A stretch of 64,000 nt of DNA from Octopus sinensis. Taxonomy: Eukaryota. The stretch is taken from contig NC_042999.1 of assembly GCF_006345805.1 (NCBI RefSeq), forward strand, positions 16,306,001 through 16,370,000. The letters run 5' to 3'. This document shows, piece by piece, positions 40,760 through 54,125 of this stretch. The stretch's first letter is position 1. Every line of letters begins with the position of its first letter. The notes beneath the pieces are model-generated. The model saw nothing but the letters and a program-made list of their open reading frames with translations, was not told the origin of the DNA and ran no database searches. A program made the position numbers and the translations under genes.

Positions 40760-41196
40760 TAGGTGCAGGTGTGACTGTGTGGTAAGTAGCTTGCTTACCA
40801 ACCACATAGTTCCAGGTTCAGTTCCACTGCATGCCACCTTGGGCAAGTATCTTCTACTATAACCTTGGGCTGACCAAAGTCTTGTCCTTGTGAGTGGATT
40901 TGGTAAGCGGAAACTGAAAGAAGCCCGTTGTGTTTGTATATATATATATGTGTGTGTGTGTGTGCGTGCGTGTGTATGTTTGTGTGTCTGTATTTGTCCC
41001 TTGCAACATCGCTTGACAACCGATGCTGGTGTGTTCGCATCCCTGTAACCTCGTGGTTTGGCAAAAAAGACCGATAGAATAATTACTAGGCTTAGCAAAG
41101 AATAATTCTTGCGATCGATTTGCTCTACTAAAGGTGTTGCTTCAGCATGGCCGCAGTCAAATGACTGAATCAAGTAAAAGAATAAAAGAATGTATA
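40760..41196 (+). mobile_element. SINE family A, full length
   Basis: Close to consensus. Confidence 0.85.
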
Positions 41197-41665
41197 TATG
41201 CATAAACAGTTACACACATGCAGATGTATACACACATGCACACACACGTGCACACACACACATACACCCCCAAATACACACATGCATATGCTCATATACA
41301 CATATGCACACAAGCCCTCAGACACATACATATATACAGATATATACACTTGCACTACATACACAAACATGTACACAGACAAGTTTACATATAAACGGAT
41401 ATGCCCAAACACGCACAAACACACACGCACACACACACACACACACTCACACACACGTAATTTCTTCTGCGTATATATACATAGCTGTACTTTCAAAGTC
41501 TTCTCTTCTGTATCTGTTGTTAGTTTGACATTGCATTAAGTTTGTTAATCTGAAACATATGCGGGAAAACACGCTTGTAGGTACTGTGGAATATTTCGGT
41601 GGTGCCATCAAGTGATTCGTTTATATTTTTGGAACCAGTACCAGAATAAAATAAACTTTTAGCTA

Positions 41666-41699
<34 letters not shown>

Positions 41700-41820
41700 T
41701 ATATATTTTGTTTTTGGTTATAATCACCCCACATAATTTTATGGGTAAGACCATAAAAAATTCTGGTGCATCTAAATTAAGTACCATATTCATTTGAATC
41801 TAAATTGTTTTGCTGAACTT

Positions 41821-41873
<53 letters not shown>

Positions 41874-41974
41874 TAGATAGATAGATAGATATAGTCGCGT
41901 GTGTGTCTTTGGGTAACGATAACATTATTTTTTTTATTCAATATCATATACGTTTATAACTTACACACAGACAT

Positions 41975-42069
<95 letters not shown>

Positions 42070-42073
<4 letters not shown>

Positions 42074-42376
42074 TTCGTTTTGGGATTTGGTTTGCAAGAT
42101 TCTTTATGAGTTCGTGTGTTGAAGCATATTCTGTTGCGTCTCGGGAGAGTCATTCTCTTTTAGTACCTTATTATTTAACACACTCACCGGTAAAATTTCC
42201 ACTTATTTCGTCTTTTTTATTTTCCTAAAATTTTCGTTGCGTCTCGCAACCTTTGTAAGACGCAACGAAAATTTTAGGAAAATAAAAAAGACGAAATAAG
42301 TGGAAATTTTACCGGTGAGTGTGTTAAATTATAAGGTACTAAAAGAGAATGACTCTCCCCAGACACAACAGAATAT
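42070..42376. repeat. Fold-back element: 119-bp arms (42126-42244 / 42258-42376) with a 13-nt loop
   Basis: Near-perfect reverse complement; a partial copy of the same family lies at ~50660-50755. Confidence 0.9.
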
Positions 42377-42397
42377 ATATATATATTATATATATAT

Positions 42398-42465
<68 letters not shown>

Positions 42466-42482
42466 TATAATATATATATAAT

Positions 42483-42866
42483 TTTGGCATTGTAAGCTAC
42501 ACCAATGCTAGAACGGGACGACACTGCATAGTGCCAAAGATCCCAGCAATGCCATCACGCTTCAGGACCAGCTTCTGCAACAGCCTGGGTTTCAAGGGCC
42601 CACAGCTTTTTAATATTCTCCCAAAGAGTCTGAGGAACTTGCACAAAGTAGATGTAGCGGTTTTTAAATCAAAGCTGGACATCTTCCTGTCAAGAGTCCC
42701 AGATGAACCTACCTCACGGCAAGAGGTGCAAATGAGAGTAGCTATATCAAACTCCATTCTTCACCAAGTGCCACATATTAGACGAGGTTCGTCGTAATAA
42801 CAGTGTAGCACAAAACGGCGGTGCATCAGCATGGCCGCAGCTTTGAGCTGAAACTAAAAAAAAAAC
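42483..42866 (+). mobile_element. 5'-truncated CR1-type LINE 3' end (second family)
   Basis: FGIVSYTNARTGRHCIVPK...GPQLFNILPKSLRNL...FKSKLDIFLSRVPDEP; stop at 42797; 3' tail with poly(A). Confidence 0.85.
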
Positions 42867-42905
42867 ACAAAAAAATAACGTCAGAAGTAGCCTATAGAAA
42901 GAGGA

Positions 42906-43246
42906 TGGATATTTTTTTAGTGAATGTTAAATATAAAAAGAAAATTAATGTTTCAATTATATATATTGATAGAGATTACTTATATGAACTAAAGGTGTGT
43001 TTTTGCCAATGTTTACATCAGTATGCAAATTCTACAACCGTGTTTCTGGCACTGGTTCTCTGTAATTCTGAACTATTTTTCATTATTTTTTCTAAAAATC
43101 CCCTAGTAAACACGGTTATAGAGGTGCATACTGATGTAAACATTGGCAAAATCATACCTTTAGTTCATATAAGTAATCTCTATCAATATATATAATTGAA
43201 ACATTAATTTTCTTTTTATATTTAACATTCACTAAAAAAATATCCA
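42906..43246. repeat. Inverted repeat, ~140-bp arms with a ~60-bp spacer
   Basis: ggatatttttttagtgaatg...ccgtgttt / aaacacgg...cattcactaaaaaaatatcc. Confidence 0.9.
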
Positions 43247-43500
43247 TACTCTTTCTATATGCTACATCTGACGGTATATCATATAACGTTTTTTCAAACA
43301 ATATTAATAGCGTTCAGTAAATCACTATATATATATCCATCATTTTCTCTCAAAATGTCTTATTGACGAGTTTCATTTCTTCACTTCCCTGAAGAGAAGA
43401 TTACATTGCTTTACACCATTTATTCCTTTGGAATAATATCAGTGAAATCTTTGAAACATGTGTCGGAAGTAAAAGTATTTGAATTATACCTGCGTAAACT

Positions 43501-43642
43501 ATATATATATAAATTTTATTTCGTAATGAGATATAAAACCAAGGCTGAGTAGATTTTAGAACATTTATAGATCTATAAATGTTCTAAAATCTACACAGCC
43601 TTGTTTTTTTTTTATCTCGTTACGAAATAAAATTTATATATA
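43501..43642. repeat. ~140-bp imperfect palindrome
   Basis: Centre atagatctat at 43571/43572. Confidence 0.9.
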
Positions 43643-43818
43643 CACACGCTGACACATGACCAACGTTGAACCCCTTATTCGCATAATCACCGAACCTGGA
43701 ACTTAATTGCGGTCCATCTATAGCACTTATTCAGCTTTGGGTCTCAATGACACCATTACCTTTCATAACCCTATCTATCTATATATATATATAAAATATA
43801 GGACAATCAGTAAGTTGT

Positions 43819-43886
43819 CATTATAGTACTCAGAGTTTTGAATGTTGGAGCGAGGAGTTACGATGCATTCTCGTCGGCTATTAATG
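43819..43886 (-). ncRNA. HHR-like motif, stems intact, core mutated (family shared with 50765-50832)
   Basis: Minus strand atag-CCGACGA-gaatg...cattc-AAAA-ctctgag-TA-ctat. Confidence 0.55.
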
Positions 43887-44732
43887 ATAGACGCTATGAA
43901 AAACCGTTGAATAAAAGGGAAGTTACTCTAATAGATAGAAAAAAAGAAAAAAAGATAAAAGATAAAAACACACTCAACCATATTCTTACAATACATAGAC
44001 AAAACATCCTGCGTTCATAACGTCTACATACGTACACACACACACAAACATATATCTACATACACATATACACACAAATATATATGTGCACGTACATACT
44101 CATAGATACACACATATCTAAACATACATGCACATATGTATATATATATGTGTGTGTGTGTGTGCGTGTGTGTGATGTGTGTGTGTATGTATATATATAT
44201 ATGTGTGTGTGTGTGTGTATATATATATGTATATGTATATATATACATATATATATATGTATATATAAATAATATATATATCTATATGTATATATAGACA
44301 AACGTATGTACATACGTATATAGCTATGCATATATCAGTACAGGACTTCACAAAAACGTAAAGAAACATGAAATACTAAAATAACGTTGGGTACGCAAAA
44401 TACGAGAGAAGCTTACGTCCAGTTGACGTAAGTCAAAACCTCTCTCATCCAGCTTTCTATTTCTTCAACAACACCCATGCTAGAGTCAACATAATTTGGT
44501 AGATGCTGGATTAATCTTATAACATAGAGAAATGCCTTTTTCTTGATATATCAGTAGAAAGTTGCAAATATTTAGCCTACTTTTGCATTCCCAGAATAAG
44601 TATACACTGGGACCTTAACAAAACGCTACCTCGCAGTGTTTGATAATTTTGTTGTAGTGAATACAAATTACCTCCGTGACTGGATCGTGAAGTTGAACCC
44701 TTCAGTTATAGAAGAAACTGAACAACCATATT

Positions 44733-45130
44733 TTGAGAAAGAAACGTATTAAAATTGGAATTTATAAGAATTTTCTAGACTTTGATAATTGTTTGCTTCC
44801 TTTTAGTAAAAGTTACATACCTAACAAACAGTTAAGAGACAAATTTCTTTGTTTTAGTATAGTTGCCGAAACAGACTTGAATACTAAAAATAAGGCAATA
44901 TGCATAAATACACTAGTTGTTCCTGTAATAAACTACAGTTATAATATTCTCATTTGGACGCTAAATGAACTAGCAAGATTACTTAGAAAACAAGAAAATA
45001 ATGACTGCATTTAGAATACACCATCTAGAATCAGATATAGAAAAATTATATTTATCACGAATACAGGAAGCTAACCACCGCCGGCAACAAGAAAATTATA
45101 ATATAAAATATCGATTCAAGGAATATAAAA
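44733..45130 (+). pseudogene. Decayed non-LTR RT C-terminal remnant (R4/Dong-like)
   Basis: ETDLNTKNKAICINTLVVPVINYSYNILIWTLNELARL, frameshift, RKIMTAFRIHHLESDIEKLYLSR. Confidence 0.55.
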
Positions 45131-45374
45131 ATATTTAGTAAAAAATAATGGAAAACTAACATAAATAGTTACAAAACATGAACAAAACAAAAGCAAACTG
45201 TTGTCTGACTTGAAGGAAGCCAATAAACACAAAACAGAAACAGAAATGACGACAGTGGTAAGGAGAAAGAAAAATTAACGGCAGAAATTGTGAAATAGTT
45301 AAAACGAAGATAAAACACTCTTACTTCAGAATACCATATTTAAGCAATGGTATAAAAAAAACCTTTCTACACAG

Positions 45375-46325
45375 GATCAAGCATAACTATGTGGTTAAGA
45401 AGCTTGCTTTGTAACCATGTGGTTTTGGGTTCAGTCCCACTGTTCGTCACCTTGGAAAGTGTCTTCTGCTAAAGCGTGAAGTCTTGTGGATGAATTTGGT
45501 GGACGGAGATTGTGTGGATGTCCGTCGTATCCATACATGCACACACATGTGTGTGCGTATGTATGTGTCTCAGTGTTTGTCACCCATCACCACTTGATAA
45601 CCGCTGTCGGTCTGTTTACGTCCCCGTAGCTTGACCCGTCGTATAGATACATGCACACACATGTGTGGACGTATGTATGCGTTTTAGTGTTTGTGTTTGT
45701 TACCCATCACCACTTGATAACCGCTGTCGGTTTGTTTACGTTCAAGTAACTTGGCCCGTCGTATATATACATGCACACACATGTGTGTGCGTATATATGT
45801 GTCTTAGTGTTTGTCATTCATCACCACTTAATGACCGCTGTCGGTTTGTTTACGTCCCCATAACTTGGCCCGTCGTATACATGCACGCACACACATGTGT
45901 GTGCGTATTTGTTTTATTTTTTGTTTCTCACAAACTACCACTTGGTAACCGCTGTCGGTTTGTTTACATCCCCGTAACGTGGCCCGCCGTATATATACAT
46001 GCACATACATGTATGTGTCTTTCTGTCGGTTTGTTTACGTCCCTATAACTTGGCACGTGTGTACATACATGTACACACGTTTGTGTGCCTATGTATGTGT
46101 CTTAGTGTTTGTGCTTGTGTTTGTCACCCACCACCACCACCACCACAACTTGATAACCGCTGTCGGTTTGTTTACGTCCCCGTAACCTCGTTGTTCGGCA
46201 AAAGAGACTGATAGAATAAGTACTGGGGTCGAGTTGTTCAACTAAAACCTTTCAGGACTTATCAATGTGGTGCCCCAGTATGGCCATGTTCTAATGATCG
46301 AAACAAGTAAAAGATAAAAGAAAGC
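45375..46325 (+). mobile_element. SINE A variant whose middle segment is amplified as ~6 tandem ~115-120-bp units
   Basis: Repeated accgctgtcggtttgtttacgtcccc at ~45600, 45721, 45835, 45949, 46023 (partial) and 46157. Confidence 0.85.
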
Positions 46326-48019
46326 TAATATAAGAAAAATCGAACAAGGCGCGAATAGGCAATGATACATCGTAACATTTGTTAAGAAGTCAGTACCCGA
46401 AGCAGAAACTCTGGGTACTTGGTTGTGGTATAGAAACAAAAAATTTCTACATGTTTTGCATTATTTACATTTGGTGATAAAGTAAGACTTTAAATAATAA
46501 AGTAAGACTGAGTCAGTATGTGCCTTAAACCTGTACATCTCTTAGAACTGTATGTCCCTTAAACACTTGGAGAACAACTTATTGGTGTGATTCGAAAACG
46601 GTTTGTTTCCTACGTGCAGGTGATTGAACTTCGATGTTAAGTCTCATTGGAATTATTAATGTTTTTTCAGTTAGGAGGAAAGTCAGAGCCAATGATCCTT
46701 CCTAGGGCCTCCGAGATTGGTGAATGGGAAAGAAGAAAGTATTTTTAAACCGGAAACATGGTGTGCATGCTTTCAACAGAGTGGATTCTGCTAAAGTCAC
46801 ACAAGTGCCAGGTTGTAGCATAGGGACAGACGTCGGATATAAGCCAACCACCTAAACAACCGACAACAGGATTTGATCTAAAAATCTCAAAGGGCTGAGA
46901 GAAATAGCATAAAACAAACAAATCCAATCTATTACTGCTCCACCTATCCATCGCCCAAGATCGATATTTTTTTCATCGACAATGAAAGAATGACGGTAAA
47001 GTTGACTTCGGTATGTTTCAAATTCAGGGTGTAGAGATTTGGATCAAATGTTTGAGGCATTCAATCTAAAGCTCTTATGACAAAACCAATTGTCTATCTG
47101 TAATGATTTTCTGTAATGATTCCACAACCTATGAGATTGTTTATATGATCGGTGTTTAAATGTATTTTCTTTGCTTTATTTCAGAACTTTTCTTGAAAAG
47201 ACTGATATGTTACTCATTGCTACGAGAAATAGTTGATTACCAAAAGCTACAACTATTTGCAGTGAATAGATCACATCTATCTGCCTAACATACGGCCCAT
47301 TGTTCATTAACCTATGGATTTCAAACGGAAAGGTAAACACTTTACCCCAGATGTATCTAAGTATTCCATTTTACAAAATTCCTCTCTATTAATAATGCTA
47401 GAGCAGTAGTGAATCCGTAATTAAAATCCTATTCCTAAACCTGTTCTTTAAGACATGTCTGAAAATAGCTTCCTCATACTATAAAATAACACTGTATATT
47501 TTTGGAAAATGCCCTGTAATTTAGGTTATTGCAAATCCTAAACGATTTGTCAGAAAATATTAGACTTTCCAGTATCAGAGATGCAGATTTTGACAATGGT
47601 TATCTTCTCCGACTTCATCGAATTAAGCTAAATAAACTAACTCTATTGAAACAGAAGCTGTTCAGCGACCATCTGAGATATTGATTTCATGAGATATCTG
47701 TTTGGCGTAGTATTTTCAGGTAAACTATTGAGAAGACGATTAAGTCACTGCTTCAAGACTAATGGCACACGTCCGGGTTATTTCTTCGAAAGCAGTGCTA
47801 TGCTGCCGTCTTATGTTTCCACAGCTAACATGAAATATCAATCTATAGAACGACATCACATATTTTATAAAATGAAAAAGCGTGGATTAAGTTACATCAA
47901 TAGATATTGTATGAATTACGAAATACTTGACTCAAATGTAAATGTGATAAAAAAAATAAAATGGTAAGAACAATATGGCTTTTGTCAAAAAGTAAAACAA
48001 ACAACAAAAAACAACGACA

Positions 48020-48068
<49 letters not shown>

Positions 48069-48118
48069 TAACAATAATGATAATAATAATAATAATAATA
48101 ATGATAATAATAATAATA

Positions 48119-48157
<39 letters not shown>

Positions 48158-48526
48158 GTAATAACAACAATATTATAATAATAATCAGACGAAGAAGACG
48201 ACCAACAACAACAACAACAGCAACGACAACAATGTCAAGAACAACAGCAGCAGGAATGATAAAATACAATATTTGATCATATTGATTTTATTCTTGTGTT
48301 GATTTCATAAACAATATGACTTTACGAAGCAGAACTAAAATAATAATCCTCAATATTTACCAATCTTCTTGAAGGTGGAGACATGTTGAGTTAATATATT
48401 ATATAACTCTTTTTTTTTTGGCAATATTTATATTCTAAAGTCAGAATTCTGTCTACATACCCGTAAAGCTGTCGCCGTGCACATAATAACATCGATGAAT
48501 AAATACACACTGTATAATATATATAA

Positions 48527-48582
<56 letters not shown>

Positions 48583-49086
48583 ATACATACAAACATAGGA
48601 TATGTATATATATGTGTATATATATATATATATATATCATACATACGTACGTATATATATATATATATATGTTCGTCCTCTTGAGGTTTGTTGTACATGT
48701 ATTTTAATTTTGCAGTCTTATTGTTACGTCTTGTTTGTGTTCGTACTCATTGTCCCGCTGATGAAATTTTATTTAATTCTCTCGCAGGAAGGCCTATTGG
48801 ATTAGTTTCTGTTATGCCTTCGAAACATGCCTGACTCCTCTAGCGACAGCTGATGACGGGGGTTTGTCTTGTGTAACCTGTCCGTATTTGGTTTTCGTTT
48901 TCCGTTTCTTGTTTTTTGTTTTTTGGCTTTTTCTGTTTCTACGTCTTATGTGATGTCCTGTACTTCCGTATAATTATTTATATATGCATGTATATATACA
49001 TGTAGATGTAGGTACGTACATATATGTTTGTATGTATGCATATATTTTATTTATCTCCTTATATATATATATACATACATACGTAC

Positions 49087-49119
<33 letters not shown>

Positions 49120-49121
49120 TA

Positions 49122-49908
49122 TTTTTTATTCTTTTACTTGTTTCAGTCATTTGACTGCGGCCATGCTGGGGCACCGCCTTGAAGGGGTTTTAGTCGAACG
49201 AATCAACCCTAGGTTTTATTATTTGTTTGAAGCTTAGTATTAACTCTATTGGTTCCTTATGCAGAACCGCTAAGTTACGGGACGTAAACTCACCACCACC
49301 GTTTGTCGAGTTAAAGACAGACAAAGATGCGCGTGAGCGCACACACACACACACACAAACAGGCACACATAGATTCACATACACATGCACACAGAACCAC
49401 ATATATATACACGACGGGCTTCTTTCAGTTTCCGCCTACCAAATCCACTCAGAAGGATCTGGTCGGCTCGAGTCTACAGCAAGAGACACTTGCCCAAGAT
49501 GCCATGTACTGGGAATGTACCTGAAATCATGTGGACCAAACATAGAGGAGACAAACAAGGACAGATAAAGGGATTAAGTCGTAACTGTTACCTAATTTAT
49601 CGACCAAGAAAGGATGAAACGCAAAGTCAACCTCGGCGGGATATGAACTCAGAACGTAACTGCAGACGAAATACCTATTTCTTTACTGCCCACAAGGGTC
49701 TAAACACAGAGAGGACATACAAGGACAGAAAAACGGATTAAGTCGATTATATTGACCCCAGTGCGTAACTGGTACTTATTTAATCGACCCCGAAAGAATG
49801 AAAGGCAAAGTCGACCTCGGCGAAATTTGAACTCAGATCGTAATGGCAGACGAAATACGACTACGCATTTCGCCCGGCGTGCTAACGTGTCTGCCAGCTC
49901 GCTGCCTT
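49122..49908 (-). mobile_element. SINE A (49122-49530) joined to a SINE B dimer (49540-49908)
   Basis: Similarity to the other copies; junction gaaatacctatttc at ~49668. Confidence 0.8.
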
Positions 49909-50616
49909 AAGCTGTGGGAAGATCTGATAATACAATTTCGTTGATACAGATAAACTACGACAGAACAGACATATGCTCAAGATATTGAATCTCCGAACAT
50001 ACTGACTTTCTCTCGGGCATTACACATCTAATCAGTGCTAGTCAATGTGTGCTTTCATTTTAAAGATGTTCTGATGTGATTTGAGGGATGTTTACCTACT
50101 ATTTCTTGTAGGTCAAGCGACAACATAGTAGCTTCCTTATTGGTTCATGAAAAGTTTGTTCCCATCCTATGTATAATATTAGTATTTTAGTATTACTGAA
50201 GTCGACTAGTTTATCAAGTCTCCACTACAAGAGAAATATGTCGGAAACTTGTATTCAAGGAAAATATATAATTAATGATTAATGACTGAAAGAAACGAAT
50301 AATAGGAAAACAAAGTATGGTAGCACGATTCTGCAACAATATTAGCGAGTTGTACATTGTAAATCTGTCTTTTCAGAGATACTCTTTATTTATTTTGTTC
50401 TTTTTCTTGTGTCAGTCATTGGTTAGCGGCCATGTTGGGGAACAGTCTCGAATGGTTCTAGCTTATGAAATAGCACCAAATACTTAGGTTTTTAAACCCG
50501 AGTATTTACTTTACCGGTTTCTTTTCCCCGAACTATTAAGTTACGCGTGCGTAAACAAACCAACACCAAATATCAAGTGGTGAGTGTGGCAGCAAACGCA
50601 CCATACATATACACAC

Positions 50617-50661
<45 letters not shown>

Positions 50662-50764
50662 TTTCGTTTTTGTATTTGGTTTGCAAGATTCTTTATGTGA
50701 ATGCGTGTACTGAAGCATATTTTATTTTGTCTGTGGAGAGTCATTCTTTTTTAGCGTCTGTTGC

Positions 50765-50832
50765 CATTAATAGCTGACGAGAATGTATCGTTACTCTTCG
50801 CTCGGGCACTCGAAACTCCGAGTATAATAATG
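50765..50832 (+). ncRNA. HHR-like motif, core intact, stems partly decayed
   Basis: atag-CTGACGA (50774-50780)-gaatg...cactc-GAAA (50812-50815)-ctccgag-TA-taat. Confidence 0.6.
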
Positions 50833-50921
50833 ACAACTTACTCCTTGTTCTAATTTATAACATGTATAAATAATCCTCTATTTCTTTAATATCGAGGTCT
50901 CATTCTTTTGTTGTTACATTT

Positions 50922-50981
<60 letters not shown>

Positions 50982-51686
50982 GTACACGACAGACCGCTTT
51001 TCCAGATTCATTCAAAAGCAATGATCAACCTGAGGCTACTGGTTTAGAATTACTTCAAGTAGAAAATTGAGCTAATGTCTTGAGTATAATGAACATTTAA
51101 TCCATATGCAGTTTATCAGTAAATCAGCGAACGATATTAATAAGCCAGTAAATATGACATCCACAGATTTTGTGGGCATACTACATAGTTAACACTATAT
51201 CAACAAAGTAGTGGACGTACCAGTAAATCAGTGAACAATGACATCAACAAACCAGTGAACATGATATAAAACCGATGAACATCGATATCAGTGATATCAG
51301 TGATATCAGTGAAAAGTGATGTCATCAAATCAGTGAACATTAGTATCAAAAATATCAGTGAACATAATATAAATTATTGGACACGATATGAACAAATCTG
51401 TAGACAATGATATAATCCATTGACTTAAAAACAATGTATTTATTTCAAAGATTGCATTGTGACGAGCTCAGCGAGATTAAGCAAACTAAAGAGAGGCTAC
51501 CAGTATTTATAAAAGAAGTTGGTAATATGTATAAAAGGATGTATGAAGACATACATATATGTTTGTGTGTGTGTGTGTGTACGTATGTAGACGTTGTGAA
51601 CGCAGGAGGTTTATGTCTATGTATTCTTCAGTTCACATCCCATGTTTTCTTTTCCTTTCACATAAATCGTAATTAGGACTATATTA

Positions 51687-52000
51687 TTGGGTTGTCCGGA
51701 AAGTTCGTGCCGATTTATAGTAGCTTACCTTTCGATTTATTTTACAACATGGTTGAGTCCAGAAAATAGGATTTGACTACACCTCCATTTAGAGCACAGT
51801 TTAAGCTATCTTTTCGTGAAATAAGGTTTATGTTCCTATAACCTGTGTTAATTCTGTAACCCTTTAAAATAGAAGATAAGAAAGTTCATTTTCGGCACTT
51901 GATGCTTTGGGAACCAGACAAAAATTGCTGCAGCTCGGCTGGGATGTGTTACCCCACCCTCTATATTCACCAGATATTGCTCCTTCGGATTTCCACTTAT
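51687..52000 (+). mobile_element. Internally deleted mariner remnant
   Basis: TA plus ttgggttgtccggaaag TIR-like start; LGTRQKLLQLGWDVLPHPLYSPDIAPSDFHL from 51907. Confidence 0.85.
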
Positions 52001-52428
52001 ACAAACAGACCACCAGGGCGCACTATATTTTAGAACGTTACTATTAAAAGAATGAGCTTCAATTCGGAGATAAATCTATCTCTCACCTGCTTAAAGCAGT
52101 CATAGAATTAAGCATCATCGCTAAGACGCCTGCAGGTCATAGGCTATAAGTTAAAGATATAGATTATGATTGTATACAACTTAACTATAATACTATCAAG
52201 ATATTTCAGTTTGCATTGACAACAGAACATAAAGGAACAATGAACATTGCATAGCATAAATATATTACATGCTACCCGTTTATCAAGGACATATAACCCG
52301 TCCATAGCAAGGTTTCCTTCCTTCATTTAACATCAGGCAGACTAAACTTAAGGATCGGACAAAGCTGATATCAATGAAAGAAACAGAGAATGCCCAACTC
52401 TAATAACAACAACAACGGCAGCACCAGC

Positions 52429-52474
<46 letters not shown>

Positions 52475-52487
52475 TAATAATAATAAT

Positions 52488-52693
52488 CTTTTACTTGTTT
52501 CAGCCATTTGACTGTGGCCATGCTGGAGCACCACCTTTTAGTCGAGCAAATCAACTCCATAAGCTTAGTACTTATTCTATCGGTCTCTCTTTTGCCGAAC
52601 CGCTAAGTTACGGGGACGTAAACACACCAGCATCGGTTATCAAGCGATGTTGGGGGGTGGGGGACAAACACAGACACACAAACATACACACAT

Positions 52694-52733
<40 letters not shown>

Positions 52734-52900
52734 TATATATATACATATATACGATGGGCTTCTTTCAGTTTCCGTCTACCAAATCCACTCACAAGGCTTT
52801 GGTCGGCCAGAGGCTATAGTAGAAGACACTTGCCCAAGGTTCCACGCAGTGGGACTGAACCCGGAACTATGTGGTTCGTAAGCAAGCTACTCCTACACCT
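52488..52900 (-). mobile_element. SINE family A between (AAT)n tracts
   Basis: Close to consensus. Confidence 0.85.
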
Positions 52901-52922
52901 AATAATAATAATAATAATAATA

Positions 52923-52976
<54 letters not shown>

Positions 52977-53193
52977 GGGCTTCAGATTTTGGTATAAGGC
53001 CAGCAATTTCGTAGGAGGTGAATAGTCGATTATATCGACCCCAGTATTCAAGTGATACTTATTTTATCGTCCCTGAAAGGATAAAAGGCAGAGCCAGCCA
53101 GCCTCAGTGGAATTTGGACTGAGAACGTAAAGAGGGGCGAAAAACCACAGATAATTTTACCCGGCTTGCTAACGATTCTGTCAGCTCGTATTC

Positions 53194-53263
<70 letters not shown>

Positions 53264-53897
53264 CAACGACAACAACAACAACAATAATAATAATAATAAT
53301 CCTTCCTACTAAAGACACAAGGTCTGAAATTTTGGAGGAGGGGACTAATCAATTACATCGACCCCAGTGTTTCACTGGTACTTAACTTACCGGTCTCGAA
53401 AGGATGAAAGGTAAAGTCAACATCGACGGTATTAAGTGTATTAAAAATTAAGATATATTTTCTCTTATTTTATATATTTTTCTGCATTTCAGTTTTCTCG
53501 CTCATTTCTGTCTTTGTCCTTGAAGCTGCTCTGTGAAGAACGTTCTCAAGTGATTGGTACTCTCACGAGTATAACAGCTAGGCTTTCTTTCCTGCACCAC
53601 CAAACACTAGACTTTTGTTTCGGCACTTACAACGGAACATAGCAGTGTATCGTTGCTGTAGTTTATTTTGTTGCTGGGACCATAAGGATTAACACGTTCA
53701 TATTTAATCCTCCGTACTATTTATCCTTTATCGTCCCTATTCGCACTTACTACTCGACCATATTGCAATAAAAATATGACAAAGCAAAGATTAACGTAGC
53801 TGTCAATGTCTCTGCTTGTCATCCTCGAATAGGAATTTCAACCGTGTTTCGTGGTCTGCTACCACAACAGCTCCTTTACAGGATCCACGTAGCTCAA

Positions 53898-54125
53898 GAC
53901 GGCGAGCTGGCAGAAACGTTAGCACGCCGGACGAAATGCGTAGCCGTATTTCGTCTGTCGTTACGTTCAGAGTTCAAATTCCGCCGAGGTCGACTTTGCC
54001 TTTCATCCTTTCGAGGTCGATAAATAAAGTACCAGTTTCCAACTGGGGTCGATGTAATCGACTTAATCCGTTTGTCTGTCCTTGTTTGTCCCCTCTATGT
54101 TTAGGCCCTTGTGGGCAGTAAAGAA
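53898..54125 (+). mobile_element. SINE family B monomer
   Basis: ggcgagctggcagaaacgttagc...ctttcatcctttcgaggtcgataaataaagtaccag...gtaaagaaata. Confidence 0.85.

Noticed and set aside
47185-47331. Candidate exon (polypyrimidine-AG ... GTAAAC)
   Set aside because: Stops in all three frames and no supporting neighbouring exons; a non-coding exon cannot be excluded
47689-47967. 92-aa non-repetitive ORF
   Set aside because: No recognisable domain or homologue in the window; its length is within chance expectation
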